Positions 1-8,694 of a DNA stretch of 64,000 bases are shown one piece after another. A program made the position numbers and the translations under genes. The notes beneath the pieces were generated by a model. It saw nothing but the letters and a program-made list of their open reading frames with translations, ran no database searches and was not told where the DNA came from. The DNA is from a virus. Lineage: Duplodnaviria; Caudoviricetes. The first letter of the stretch is position 1, and the number at the start of each line of letters is the position of its first letter. The stretch lies in IMG/VR virus record IMGVR_UViG_3300033145_002422; one strand, 5' to 3'.

Positions 1-253
1 GAGTTTTCATTAAGGGTCGAAATTGATGGAAAAGTAAGAAATTTGCAACGTAGAAAGTTTTGCTTAGAATGCAGTCCTTTTGGAAAGCACAATACTAGCA
101 AAACACCTATTAAGCAAGGATAAGATCGATAAGGGAGAAGCAGAAGATACCACCGAAGAAGTTCCTGAGCCGTTGGAAATGATAGAAGCACCTGAAAAAT
201 AAAAGAAATTCTGATAAAATATAACATAGGCCACTAATTAAAAGGAGAAATAA

Positions 254-412
254 ATGGCAAGAAATTTACATAAAGATCCCAGCATACGTCAAAAAAATGA
301 CGCTAGTAGTATTAGTAGTAAAAGAGGAATGGCTCGTAGAGCAAAGAGAAATAGCAATAAAAGAGATAGGCAGTTGCTTAAAAAGGAAAAAGAAAATGAA
401 ATTCGTTCTTGA
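254..412 (+). CDS. small basic hypothetical protein (52 aa)
   Basis: AAGGAG RBS then ATG; MARNLHKDPSIRQK... Confidence 0.55.
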   Translation: MARNLHKDPSIRQKNDASSISSKRGMARRAKRNSNKRDRQLLKKEKENEIRS

Positions 413-581
413 AATCAAAGGCGAGAATCCTCAGCATATTGCTAGGATTTTGAAGGCTATTTCAGAAGGCATTAACTGCTTGGACGACCTCAACTCTAAA
501 CTTCCCACAATTGATTTGGAAAAAGTTACCCTTAAATGGAAAGATATAGAATACGATATGCTGGATTGTCTAAATCCTTAA
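396..581 (+). CDS. hypothetical protein
   Basis: AAGGA RBS before internal ATG (MKFVLEIKGE) of ORF 297..581. Confidence 0.55.
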   Translation: MKFVLEIKGENPQHIARILKAISEGINCLDDLNSKLPTIDLEKVTLKWKDIEYDMLDCLNP

Positions 582-663
582 AAGAAAAAAAGAACTTCGC
601 AGCAGAAGGGTTCATAACACCTGAAAACAATTTAAGAATCATTGAATCAGAAAGGGGATTGCA

Positions 664-858
664 ATGGAAAAGTCACAGATAGTCCAAATGCTTCGGCCGA
701 TTGAACCTCCAGTTATCAGCGATGATTCTTTAACATTCTTTTTGGGATTGAAGAATACTTCTTGCACTTGTTGTGGGAGTCCTCTCATGGCTCAGGAGCA
801 TGTTGCAGCGGTTGTTTGTCACCGATGTCAACACTTGTTTTTGGGAATGATTATTTAA
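664..858 (+). CDS. small Zn-ribbon-like protein
   Basis: CxCC...CxxC pattern; GGGGA RBS. Confidence 0.55.
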   Translation: MEKSQIVQMLRPIEPPVISDDSLTFFLGLKNTSCTCCGSPLMAQEHVAAVVCHRCQHLFLGMII

Positions 859-940
859 TAACATCTAACCTAAAGAGAATGGCGTTTTTATTTTACCCGA
901 CAGAAAGAAAAAGAAAGTGTTGGTATACACCTGATTTCTC

Positions 941-968
941 TTGCAATAAGTTAAAAGAATAGTATAAT
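941..968 (+). promoter_or_regulatory. sigma70-like promoter upstream of tRNA-Gln
   Basis: TTGCAA(941)-N16-TATAAT(963). Confidence 0.55.
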
Positions 969-992
969 AGAAAATATGGGAGAGTAACAAAT

Positions 993-1069
993 GAGTCGCT
1001 AACTCAATTGGTTAGAGTATCTGCCTTTGAAGCAGAAAGTTCCCAGTTCGATCCTGGGGCGACCTACCA
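993..1069 (+). tRNA. trnQ: tRNA-Gln(TTG)
   Basis: Cloverleaf: acceptor GAGTCGC/GCGACCT (one mismatch), D arm ACTC/GAGT, anticodon stem TCTGC/GCAGA with loop CT-TTG-AA, T arm CCCAG-TTCGATC-CTGGG, encoded CCA. Confidence 0.92.
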
Positions 1070-1121
1070 TGTAACACCTGATTTTTCTTTGAAATAAATG
1101 ATAGCAACTAAGGAGAAACGA

Positions 1122-1316
1122 ATGAGACCTGCTACAGGGTTTGCAATGACAAAGGCAAATGAGCATTTGTTCAAGGAAGATAATAGTCCTGAAAATAGTT
1201 CAGGTCAAGGATGGATCAGTATTGGGTTCCAGATTGCCATTGGATTCTTTTTATTCCAACTGCTTTTAGCGATCCCTATTGCTTTCATTTATAGGATTGT
1301 TTGTTTGGCTAAGTAG
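1122..1316 (+). CDS. small membrane protein
   Basis: AGGAG RBS; C-terminal hydrophobic helix. Confidence 0.6.
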   Translation: MRPATGFAMTKANEHLFKEDNSPENSSGQGWISIGFQIAIGFFLFQLLLAIPIAFIYRIVCLAK

Positions 1317-1522
1317 ATAATTCAAGGGAGAAGAACGATGAGAAAAATTAGGGAAAGAAATCAGCATGTACCAATAGAACCAAAAGAGAATCAGTGGTTG
1401 AAAATATTGAAAGTAATAGGTTTTATATTAATTGTATTCTCTACATTGTTTGTTGGATTGATGTTAGGAATAAAATTGTATTACAATTGATTTTCACCAC
1501 CACAACATTAAAGGAGAATCGC

Positions 1523-1741
1523 ATAAAGATTGGTCGAAATGATAAGTGTCCTTGCGGAGCAAAGGGTGCAAACGGCAAGCCGTTGAAGTACAAGCACTGT
1601 TGCCTTCCTGAGCAGCAGCAAGCAGCATTGGAAGCCAAGAAGCTGCGTATTCAGCAATGGAAAGAAGGCAAGCATGATATGTCACCTGAAACTCAGGCGA
1701 CATTGGCTGCAATGGTTTCAAGGGCGCAGATGTACCACTAA
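1523..1741 (+). CDS. SEC-C (SecA metal-binding motif) protein; start uncertain (ATA after AAGGAG)
   Basis: KIGRNDKCPCG...KYKHCC is the SEC-C motif. Confidence 0.7.
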   Translation: MKIGRNDKCPCGAKGANGKPLKYKHCCLPEQQQAALEAKKLRIQQWKEGKHDMSPETQATLAAMVSRAQMYH

Positions 1742-1751
1742 GGAGAAAACA

Positions 1752-1976
1752 ATGGGCATGGGATTTAGTGGTGGTGACGAAGATGAATTTCTCGATAAAA
1801 AGGATAAGTATAGCGATAGGGAATCTTCCTATCCATCGGTTTCATGTGCGGTAACTTCATGTTCCAACAATCGGTATGGAAGTTGCCATAAAGTTTCTGC
1901 AATTCAAATTGACTCCTCAGGAGTTTGTCAATCCGCCAGCAAGTCGTTGGCTGATAACGATGATCGTCATTGGTAA
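1752..1976 (+). CDS. Cys-rich small protein
   Basis: AGGAG RBS; VSCAVTSCSNN...C...C; stop 4 nt before motif. Confidence 0.6.
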   Translation: MGMGFSGGDEDEFLDKKDKYSDRESSYPSVSCAVTSCSNNRYGSCHKVSAIQIDSSGVCQSASKSLADNDDRHW

Positions 1977-2060
1977 GGACACCTGAAAAATGCGACGAAG
2001 AATCAAAATTGTTCTGTTGACGATTGCGGCATTAATTGCTCTCTGTTGAAAGGAAAGACT

Positions 2061-2333
2061 GTGGGATGGTCATGTGCAAAAGCAGCCGGTGACGTAATGG
2101 ACAAGTGGACAAATACTTGTCTTGCCAACAGTGGTTCGCAGAATCAATGGTCGGAAAAGGGCAAGACATATTTCTTTGAGCATACCAGAAAAGACCATAG
2201 GGACGGAGCAATCTGCGGTTCGATTTGGCGGTTCCTGCCGGATGGTGTCCATGTCCGAAGGAGCGGAACTTTCCGTATCAATGGCAATGGGACTATTGAC
2301 AGAGCGCCGAAGTTTCTCAAGGATGCCACCTGA
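2061..2333 (+). CDS. hypothetical protein
   Basis: AAAGGA RBS + GTG (MGWSC...); TGA stop is part of CACCTGA. Confidence 0.6.
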   Translation: MGWSCAKAAGDVMDKWTNTCLANSGSQNQWSEKGKTYFFEHTRKDHRDGAICGSIWRFLPDGVHVRRSGTFRINGNGTIDRAPKFLKDAT

Positions 2334-2489
2334 AAAAGATAAGTAAAAAGTAGGAGTATAGGGAGAAGGGGCAAAGGACTTAACTCGTAGTTATGTTCCT
2401 TTGCTTCAAGCTCCCACTGTTAAGAGATAATCCATGAGTTACACGCTGAATACCCAATAAGCGATGAAGAATGGATTGGCATAAAAGTT

Positions 2490-2750
2490 ATGTGCCGCTC
2501 AAATGAAGATGAGCCTTTAAGGGTTGGGATTCTTAAAGGTTTTGATACGTTTCCAAATTTCTCCATTCCAATAGTTGAAGATAAAAACGGTAAAACATGG
2601 GGCACCATGGGCGAAATTTGGCCCTATGAAGAAGAAATTTATCAAGTTCTTTTGAAACTTTCACCTGAAAAGCAATACGAATTTATTGTCAAAGTAAGGT
2701 TAATGGGCCGTATGTTGGAAAGAGCAAGGGCTAAAGGAGACAAGTTATGA
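2490..2750 (+). CDS. hypothetical protein
   Basis: co-oriented ORF in array; start uncertain. Confidence 0.5.
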   Translation: MCRSNEDEPLRVGILKGFDTFPNFSIPIVEDKNGKTWGTMGEIWPYEEEIYQVLLKLSPEKQYEFIVKVRLMGRMLERARAKGDKL

Positions 2751-2880
2751 TTGAAAGCAATGACCTTGAAGAAATGGTCAAGATTTGTGCCGAACTCACA
2801 CGTCAAAGCATTATCTTCACCTGTGAAAAGGTTGGAAGCGGCTGGAATATCCACTGTACTGGATTCTAAGGAGAATTTAG

Positions 2881-3234
2881 ATGAAATCAGGTCCACTAGG
2901 TCCAGAAGTTTCTCATGATTTAGGTGAACCACCGTGCTGTAATTTCTATCTCTTGTATGTGAAAGGTAAGGGATGGGCAAGGGGTTTTATCGTTGCTGCT
3001 GAGAATGAAAACGATGCTGTGAAAAGATTGCGGCGGAACTATAAAAAACTTGCCGAATCTATCAAATCTGAATTTCCGGGAAAAACAGATGGAGATTCAT
3101 GGAATAAGAAGTATATTTATGGCGAAAGATATGAAAGAGCAATAGAATGTATCGAACTCATTGACAAAGGATGTTACACTGCTTCAATCCTTCGCAACGA
3201 TATGGCTTATGAAGTAAGTTATTTTGATTATTAA
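2881..3234 (+). CDS. hypothetical protein
   Basis: AAGGAG RBS, 117 aa ORF. Confidence 0.65.
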   Translation: MKSGPLGPEVSHDLGEPPCCNFYLLYVKGKGWARGFIVAAENENDAVKRLRRNYKKLAESIKSEFPGKTDGDSWNKKYIYGERYERAIECIELIDKGCYTASILRNDMAYEVSYFDY

Positions 3235-3241
3235 GGAAACC

Positions 3242-3709
3242 ATGAAAAAGAAAACTATTAGAGTCGCTCTGCTTGTTGATGGTGATGATGAAATCACCCT
3301 TAATGAAGAATACTCATATCTTGAAAGCTATCTTAAAGAGCTAGAACGATATAACAATGTTGAATGCCAATTTGTTAGGGGAGTTAAGCCTGGCAATATT
3401 GATGGATTTGATATGTATGTTTTTGATTACGGTGGAGCTGATCTTGGTTTTGCTGGGCAGAAAGGAGCCAGCTATGGAATGATTCGTCTTGTCGCTAAAG
3501 ATATTGAGAATCTTCCTAATACTCTTTTCATTATCAATAGTCGTATGTCTACAATTGATTATGAGAACTATATTGAGGATGAAAATCCAGAACTTGCTGA
3601 TGTTTATAATGTTCATATTGAAACCAAATTTGCAGACACCCATTTTCTTCCTTTTATAGAAAAATGGTTTGGATTGTCACCTGAAAAATCTTCTAAAAAA
3701 AGAAAGTAA
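3242..3709 (+). CDS. hypothetical protein (possible receiver/flavodoxin-like fold)
   Basis: AAGGA RBS; VALLVD...DMYVFDY pattern only weakly reminiscent of receiver domains. Confidence 0.55.
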   Translation: MKKKTIRVALLVDGDDEITLNEEYSYLESYLKELERYNNVECQFVRGVKPGNIDGFDMYVFDYGGADLGFAGQKGASYGMIRLVAKDIENLPNTLFIINSRMSTIDYENYIEDENPELADVYNVHIETKFADTHFLPFIEKWFGLSPEKSSKKRK

Positions 3710-3721
3710 AGGAGAACTGAA

Positions 3722-3940
3722 ATGTTCCACTTACATAAATGGGAACAGATTTGTACTGGCGTATGTGTTGCAACTCATGCTTCAATTCTTTTCAGGCAGA
3801 ATTGGACAGAGGATACAGTTTTGACTGTTCAACGATGCAAGAAGTGCGGAAAAGAAAGAGCATACCAAGAAGATATGGATGGTAGAAAGAGTAAAATATC
3901 TACCGTTTATGCCAAGGAAATTTTGAGGTATAAAGAGTAG
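3722..3940 (+). CDS. small Zn-binding protein
   Basis: HLHKW...QRCKKCGKE; AGGAG RBS; motif directly after TAG. Confidence 0.65.
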   Translation: MFHLHKWEQICTGVCVATHASILFRQNWTEDTVLTVQRCKKCGKERAYQEDMDGRKSKISTVYAKEILRYKE

Positions 3941-4243
3941 CACCTGATTTTTTATAAAAGGAATAGCAATCATGGATAAGCAGACTAATCACGCCAAATG
4001 AAAAGCATCTAATGAGACTCATTATGAAGGATAGGGATGCCGAAGGATGGGCGACAGTAAGTGCGATGGTATGGCCCCTGGTAGAGAAACTGCCTTTTAG
4101 CTTGATTGAACTGCAAAAAACAGATGATGGCGGCATGATCAGGCTGACGCATGATGGAGAAGTTGTTATGAATTGGAGTTAGTTCTTCCACCTGAAAATC
4201 TTTCCGAATAAGTTAATCTGTCACCTAACTGAAAGAAAAAACC

Positions 4244-4423
4244 ATGAAAGCCATATGCAAAAATTGTCATTATTGGGAAAGAGGCGATGAAAAACAAATT
4301 CCTTATAATGGAAAGACTATTTTCAAGCAGAATGAAATGGGGATTTGTTTTACTGATCCTCAAGAAGTAGAAACGCAAGACTGTTGCCCTGCTTGTCGTC
4401 ATTTTCGTGCTATTGGCACCTGA
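4244..4423 (+). CDS. Cys-rich small protein (59 aa)
   Basis: MKAICKNCHYW...CCPACRHF; TGA stop inside CACCTGA. Confidence 0.6.
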   Translation: MKAICKNCHYWERGDEKQIPYNGKTIFKQNEMGICFTDPQEVETQDCCPACRHFRAIGT

Positions 4424-4472
4424 AAATCTTTCCGAAAAAACTAATTTGTCACCTAACCGAAAGGACTCGAAA

Positions 4473-4835
4473 ATGTTCAATCCCACCGATCTTGCAAACT
4501 TTTACGGTACGGAACACTATTATCGTCATTCTTTTGGTAAGATGGTTATGACAGATGGTGCTATGCACTTGTTCGTAAACGGCGCAGGTTGGTTAATGGA
4601 TGCTATTGCCAGCTACCAAGAGGCGAAGTTGGATCGACAAACAAAAGGCTTTCAGCTTTGGATTTTGAAGGTGAACGCCGACAATTCGGCGGTTCTTACT
4701 TGCCAGAGAGATAGTAACACTCTGAATCTGGTGGAGCAGAAAATCGAATATACCGATTTCCCCATGTCGGAAATCAAGTTGTATGTTGAAGGAGAAGGTG
4801 GTCAGAGGGTTTGCCTTCTGACTTCGGAACATTAA
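4473..4835 (+). CDS. DUF6876-like phage/plasmid protein
   Basis: FYGTEHYYRH..TDGA...GWLMDAIASYQ...QKIEYTDFP signature. Confidence 0.7.
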   Translation: MFNPTDLANFYGTEHYYRHSFGKMVMTDGAMHLFVNGAGWLMDAIASYQEAKLDRQTKGFQLWILKVNADNSAVLTCQRDSNTLNLVEQKIEYTDFPMSEIKLYVEGEGGQRVCLLTSEH

Positions 4836-4846
4836 GGAGAATTGAT

Positions 4847-5074
4847 ATGTCGAAGAAAATGGAACGAGTTATTGCTGGTCTTTCCAGAAAAGGCCAAAAT
4901 GCAAGTGAAGTTGGCGACCTTGCCAAAATGATTCGCCATGATGTGGGTGAAGCTATTTCTAGGGGAGAGATTCCTAATGATATGAGTAGGTATAATGTTA
5001 TTGGGAAAATTGCTCAAGATTGCATCGACGCATGGCTTACAATCAATGACATTTTTTCTAGCGCGGATGATTAA
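4847..5074 (+). CDS. hypothetical protein
   Basis: AAGGAG RBS + ATG; motif 2 nt after stop. Confidence 0.6.
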   Translation: MSKKMERVIAGLSRKGQNASEVGDLAKMIRHDVGEAISRGEIPNDMSRYNVIGKIAQDCIDAWLTINDIFSSADD

Positions 5075-5106
5075 GCACCTGATTTTAACTTACGGAAAGG
5101 GACAAT

Positions 5107-5319
5107 ATGGAAATCGACCTAAACAATCCCACATCCTTTGCCTGTGATATTCTTGCAAAGGGAATCATCGCGGAATCAGTCACCAGCGGTCAACCTCTTG
5201 AAAAGGTAATCAGCAATCGGTTGCATAATATTCTCGACCATACATGGATTGATGATAAGATGAGGGATAACATCATCGAAAATGTTGCTACAGCTATGGA
5301 TATCGACATCATTGAGTAG
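5107..5319 (+). CDS. hypothetical protein
   Basis: RBS + ORF; motif directly after TAG. Confidence 0.6.
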   Translation: MEIDLNNPTSFACDILAKGIIAESVTSGQPLEKVISNRLHNILDHTWIDDKMRDNIIENVATAMDIDIIE

Positions 5320-5350
5320 CACCTGAAAAAATTGAAAAGTAAATACAAAT

Positions 5351-5478
5351 GCCCTATAGCTTAGTTGGTCAAAGCAATCCTATATCTATGCTTTGCTGCT
5401 AGCGTAAGGCCAAAAGGACTTGATCAGCCTTAGCGATATAGGAATAAGACGTTGGTTCGAACCCAGCTAAGGGCTTCA
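5351..5478 (+). ncRNA. tRNA-like RNA with greatly expanded anticodon arm
   Basis: GCCCT/AGGGC acceptor, D arm GCTT-AGTTGGTCA-AAGC, T arm GTTGG-TTCGAAC-CCAGC; anticodon arm is 9-bp TCCTATATC/GATATAGGA enclosing ~46 nt with inner TAAGGC/GCCTTA stem. Confidence 0.7.
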
Positions 5479-5545
5479 CAGTTTCACCTGAAAAAATCAA
5501 AAGAATGAGATGAATTGCCAATAATGACACCCAAAGGAGAAAACA

Positions 5546-6022
5546 ATGAGTACCGCAACAAAAAAGGTAACAAAAAAGGCACCGAGAAAGGTGATAAAGG
5601 TAACAAATGGGATGAAGGGAACGAAGGGTAGGACGGTTGTTGTCAAGTCTCTGAGTAATTTGGCGGCAATGGCTTTGTATAAGTTTCCGACACCAAAAGC
5701 GGCTCGTAAGAGTATGGCTGCTGGTGAGTATGCGGTTGATGAAACCATTCGCATCGTTGGAACCGTCAAAATTGGCAAGGATTATGAGCAGAGTAATATC
5801 GCTGCTCTGCCGATGATGAAGTTGATAATGCAGTTGGGAAGTCAGATTTCCCAAAAACGGTTGATCGAAATGTTATCGCCTGCTGCTCTTGAGGCGATTT
5901 CCGATAAAGATTCCGAAGATTTTTCGAAGCGAATTCAGGCGGAATGGGGTAAGTTGGCTAAAACGCAGAAAAAGACCTTTGTTGGCAAGGTCACAGCAAA
6001 GCTGAATTTCACGAAAGCGTAA
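5546..6022 (+). CDS. Lys-rich hypothetical protein
   Basis: AAGGAG RBS, 158 aa. Confidence 0.7.
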   Translation: MSTATKKVTKKAPRKVIKVTNGMKGTKGRTVVVKSLSNLAAMALYKFPTPKAARKSMAAGEYAVDETIRIVGTVKIGKDYEQSNIAALPMMKLIMQLGSQISQKRLIEMLSPAALEAISDKDSEDFSKRIQAEWGKLAKTQKKTFVGKVTAKLNFTKA

Positions 6023-6107
6023 ACCACAAAAGGGGAGATTGGGGAACTTTCAGACCTAATCTCCCTATAAATATTTCACCTGATTTTTTCCCACCGAAAG
6101 GGAAAGT

Positions 6108-6290
6108 ATGAAATACGAACTCCGAAAAGACCTTACTCCTTAAGCGGTAAGGCTTACGATACGGTCTTTTCTAATGGACTTGGGGAATATAAATGTGGAT
6201 TATATGACCACATTGGAACTCCGTTTCCTTCGTGCTCTGGCAGAAGATGCCCCTAAAAAAATACATGGGATAGATTGGCCCAATGGATAA
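6108..6290 (+). pseudogene. small ORF interrupted by in-frame TAA at 6141
   Basis: RBS+ATG MKYELRKDLTP*AVRLTIR...WPNG*, ending 2 nt before CACCTGA. Confidence 0.5.
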
Positions 6291-6340
6291 TTCACCTGAA
6301 AGTTTTTGCAAAATCTTTGTTATATTGAAAGGGTAAGGAG

Positions 6341-6853
6341 ATGCAGAATGGCACCGTTCTTGTTATCATTGATATGCAAGTTGTCTTCTATCATCGTGGA
6401 TTAAAAAGATGGGATAATTCCCCGGAAGGAATGAAGGAGAAATGGACAAGTACAGTCAAGTCTATTTGTCAAGAAATTCGTCAAGCAAAAGAAAACCTCA
6501 TTCCTATCCTTGTTGTTGAATATGAATATTGTAATATGAATGACAAAACAAAGAAAACCGATGGCAGAATTCGTCAAGTTATTGGTAAGTATTTATATGT
6601 CAAGTATGTTCCCAAGACCAGCGATGATGGTTCTGCGGAAATCACAAAGACTCTGAAAAATATGGATTGGGTTGCTGAACAATTTCGTATCTGCGGAGCC
6701 AATCGCTGTTGCTGCGTTGCCGCCACCGTTAGAGGTCTATCACAGAAACATATAGAATCAAAGATCCTTCTTGTTGATAAGGCAATCACAGATGAACATA
6801 ATGAAATGGGCTGGGCTGGGGCAACCATGTTACCTAATACCATGATTGTCTAA
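6341..6853 (+). CDS. isochorismatase/cysteine hydrolase family protein
   Basis: VLVIIDMQ, K-x-S-D-D-G-S and ICGANRCCCVAAT catalytic motifs. Confidence 0.8.
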   Translation: MQNGTVLVIIDMQVVFYHRGLKRWDNSPEGMKEKWTSTVKSICQEIRQAKENLIPILVVEYEYCNMNDKTKKTDGRIRQVIGKYLYVKYVPKTSDDGSAEITKTLKNMDWVAEQFRICGANRCCCVAATVRGLSQKHIESKILLVDKAITDEHNEMGWAGATMLPNTMIV

Positions 6854-6910
6854 TCACCTGAAATTTCGTTTCTTTAATATGCCTTGTCCTCTAGCCGAAA
6901 GGAAGCGAAG

Positions 6911-7066
6911 ATGGGAAAGGTTATCAAGAACAAAACGCCGAAAAATTGGGATGCGCTCGACGCCGAAGCTGAATCGCAAGGCATCGCCATTCTCGCCGCA
7001 AATGTTGCCAGGGCTATGCCATTCGGTAAAGGCAAAAAGCTGGGGCATCATCTAAGTCGAGTTTAA
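6911..7066 (+). CDS. small basic hypothetical protein
   Basis: AAAGGA RBS + ATG (MGKVIKNK...). Confidence 0.5.
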   Translation: MGKVIKNKTPKNWDALDAEAESQGIAILAANVARAMPFGKGKKLGHHLSRV

Positions 7067-7191
7067 AGGGGCGACCGAAACCTCTTTTCATAAAAAGGGA
7101 GGCTAGCGGACTATTTCCCTAGCCTCTCTACGGTTTTTCACCTGAAAACTTCCATTGATAATTTGTATTGTCCTAACGAAAGGAATTCAAG

Positions 7192-7428
7192 ATGTTTGAC
7201 GAACTCGTAATGCTCCATGCAGACCTCCGTTTGACAAATCGGGCGATGGCTGTTCAACGTTGCAGCAACGTCAAGCCGTTTCTAAGCGACCGCATCCAAG
7301 ACGCAATTGATGAGGGTCTTGTATATGTCGATGATGGTATGGGTTCAATGCTCCCACAGTTTCGTCTTACCGAAACTGGCGCAGAGTCGATGGCAGATAT
7401 GGAATGCTGCCTGATGGAAAGCTATTAA
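7192..7428 (+). CDS. hypothetical protein (possible winged-helix)
   Basis: EGLVY...FRLTETG resembles wHTH wing; RBS present. Confidence 0.55.
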   Translation: MFDELVMLHADLRLTNRAMAVQRCSNVKPFLSDRIQDAIDEGLVYVDDGMGSMLPQFRLTETGAESMADMECCLMESY

Positions 7429-7475
7429 GCCACCTGAAAAAAGAAAAGAAGTTGTTGCATTGTTCTTTGAAAACT

Positions 7476-7708
7476 GGAAGTCGGTCGCCTAGTAAGGGCT
7501 AGTCGGCAAACGAGCGCGCATCGTATTTGTCGATGAAATATTTTAATTTAATAGCTACTGTGGGAATCAGACATTAGCGGCAAGGCAGTTTAAGAGAGTT
7601 ACCTTGCATAATGAAGTCTAAGGACTTGCTATCCTAAGACAACTCTCTAAAGGGTGAAAACCTTCTACGCCAATGCGATGCGTAGTGGTTCAGTCCCTTC
7701 CGACTTTT
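7476..7708 (+). ncRNA. structured RNA with tRNA/tmRNA-like closing helices and a pseudoknot
   Basis: AAGTCGG(7478)/CCGACTT(7700); 12-bp helix 7516-7527/7672-7683; GGTTCAGTCC T-loop-like; crossing stems GCAAGG/CCTTGC and AGAGAGTT/AACTCTCT; GGT-GAAA-ACC tetraloop. Confidence 0.6.
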
Positions 7709-7979
7709 ATATTTTTTTTCACCTGAAAAAAGAAAACAAAAAAGAGAAGCGTTGAGAGAAGGCAGTATATTGTAGCAGTAAAAGGTTAAAGACATTGTAA
7801 ATTAAAAATAGAAAGGGGGTATGTTCTATTGACCTAACATGAGATTTGAGATAATGAAGAAAACACATATTGATGTTTGGCTAATGTAATGGAGTCAAGC
7901 CGTCCTAGCAATAAACGCTGGGGCAGCTGTAGTTTTTCACCTGAAAAACTAATCTTTCTTTGTAAATCATAAGGAGAAA

Positions 7980-8192
7980 ATGATGATTAAGGGAAAGTGT
8001 CTCACCAATTTGGATGATTACGATTTTGTGGAGTGGCCCACAGAATTCGTAGCCGTTCCGAAAATCGGCGATAGGGTAGAAAATGATAGCTTTGAAAATG
8101 ATCGTCGTGGAATCTTAAAAGTTGTTCGTATCACTCACTGTTATAATTGGAAAAGCAAAAAAGCATTTATAAAGATTGAACTGAACAAGTAG
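7980..8192 (+). CDS. hypothetical protein
   Basis: AAGGAG RBS; VPKIGDRVE...LKVVRITH; motif directly after TAG. Confidence 0.65.
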   Translation: MMIKGKCLTNLDDYDFVEWPTEFVAVPKIGDRVENDSFENDRRGILKVVRITHCYNWKSKKAFIKIELNK

Positions 8193-8239
8193 CACCTGAT
8201 TTTCCGATAGGATATTCATAATCAAAGGAGAATCGAATC

Positions 8240-8461
8240 ATGGCGAAGAAACCTAGCAGAGAAATTCCGACTTCCTTAACATTCATAATGAATGACCTTT
8301 CTCGTAAAGATATGAGAGTAGGCCAGATGTTCAGCAATCTGTTTTACTTCATTCGTAGCAAGGGCAAAGACCCTTTCTATGTTGAGAATGAAGAAATGGT
8401 GGGGCTGTTTCTTGAATCCCTTGCCGATAGCGGTTATAATCCGTTTCGGCCTGGCCAATAA
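8240..8461 (+). CDS. hypothetical protein
   Basis: DMRVGQM...DPFYVENE pattern typical of small phage proteins; RBS. Confidence 0.65.
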   Translation: MAKKPSREIPTSLTFIMNDLSRKDMRVGQMFSNLFYFIRSKGKDPFYVENEEMVGLFLESLADSGYNPFRPGQ

Positions 8462-8509
8462 TCACCTGATTTTTCGCTCTATCAAACAATGTTGAAAGGG
8501 GGAACTGAA

Positions 8510-8644
8510 ATGAATAGTATGAAGCGGAGATACTCTGGCCTTACGTTGGTCGAGTTAATGGCAGCAGTTTGGGCTATTATTTTGTTGGTTTTTGCTGCTG
8601 GCGTTGTTTGGGTTGCTATCCATTTCATTAGCAAATTTTGGTAG
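8510..8644 (+). CDS. 44-aa mini-pilin with prepilin cleavage/methylation motif
   Basis: MNSMKRRYSG|LTLVELMAAVWAIILLVFAAGVVWVAIHFISKFW* (basic leader, G at -1, E at +5, hydrophobic helix); not in ORF track (<60 aa). Confidence 0.75.
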   Translation: MNSMKRRYSGLTLVELMAAVWAIILLVFAAGVVWVAIHFISKFW

Positions 8645-8694
8645 CACCTGAAATGCTGTGGAAAAAATAGCAATAGCTACAAAGGAGAATTAAG

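Noticed and set aside
7476-7708. Canonical tmRNA or group I intron-containing tRNA
   Set aside because: No Ala acceptor identity or CCA, no well-placed tag ORF, and no recognisable P7 (R/S) intron sequences; kept only as an unclassified structured RNA.
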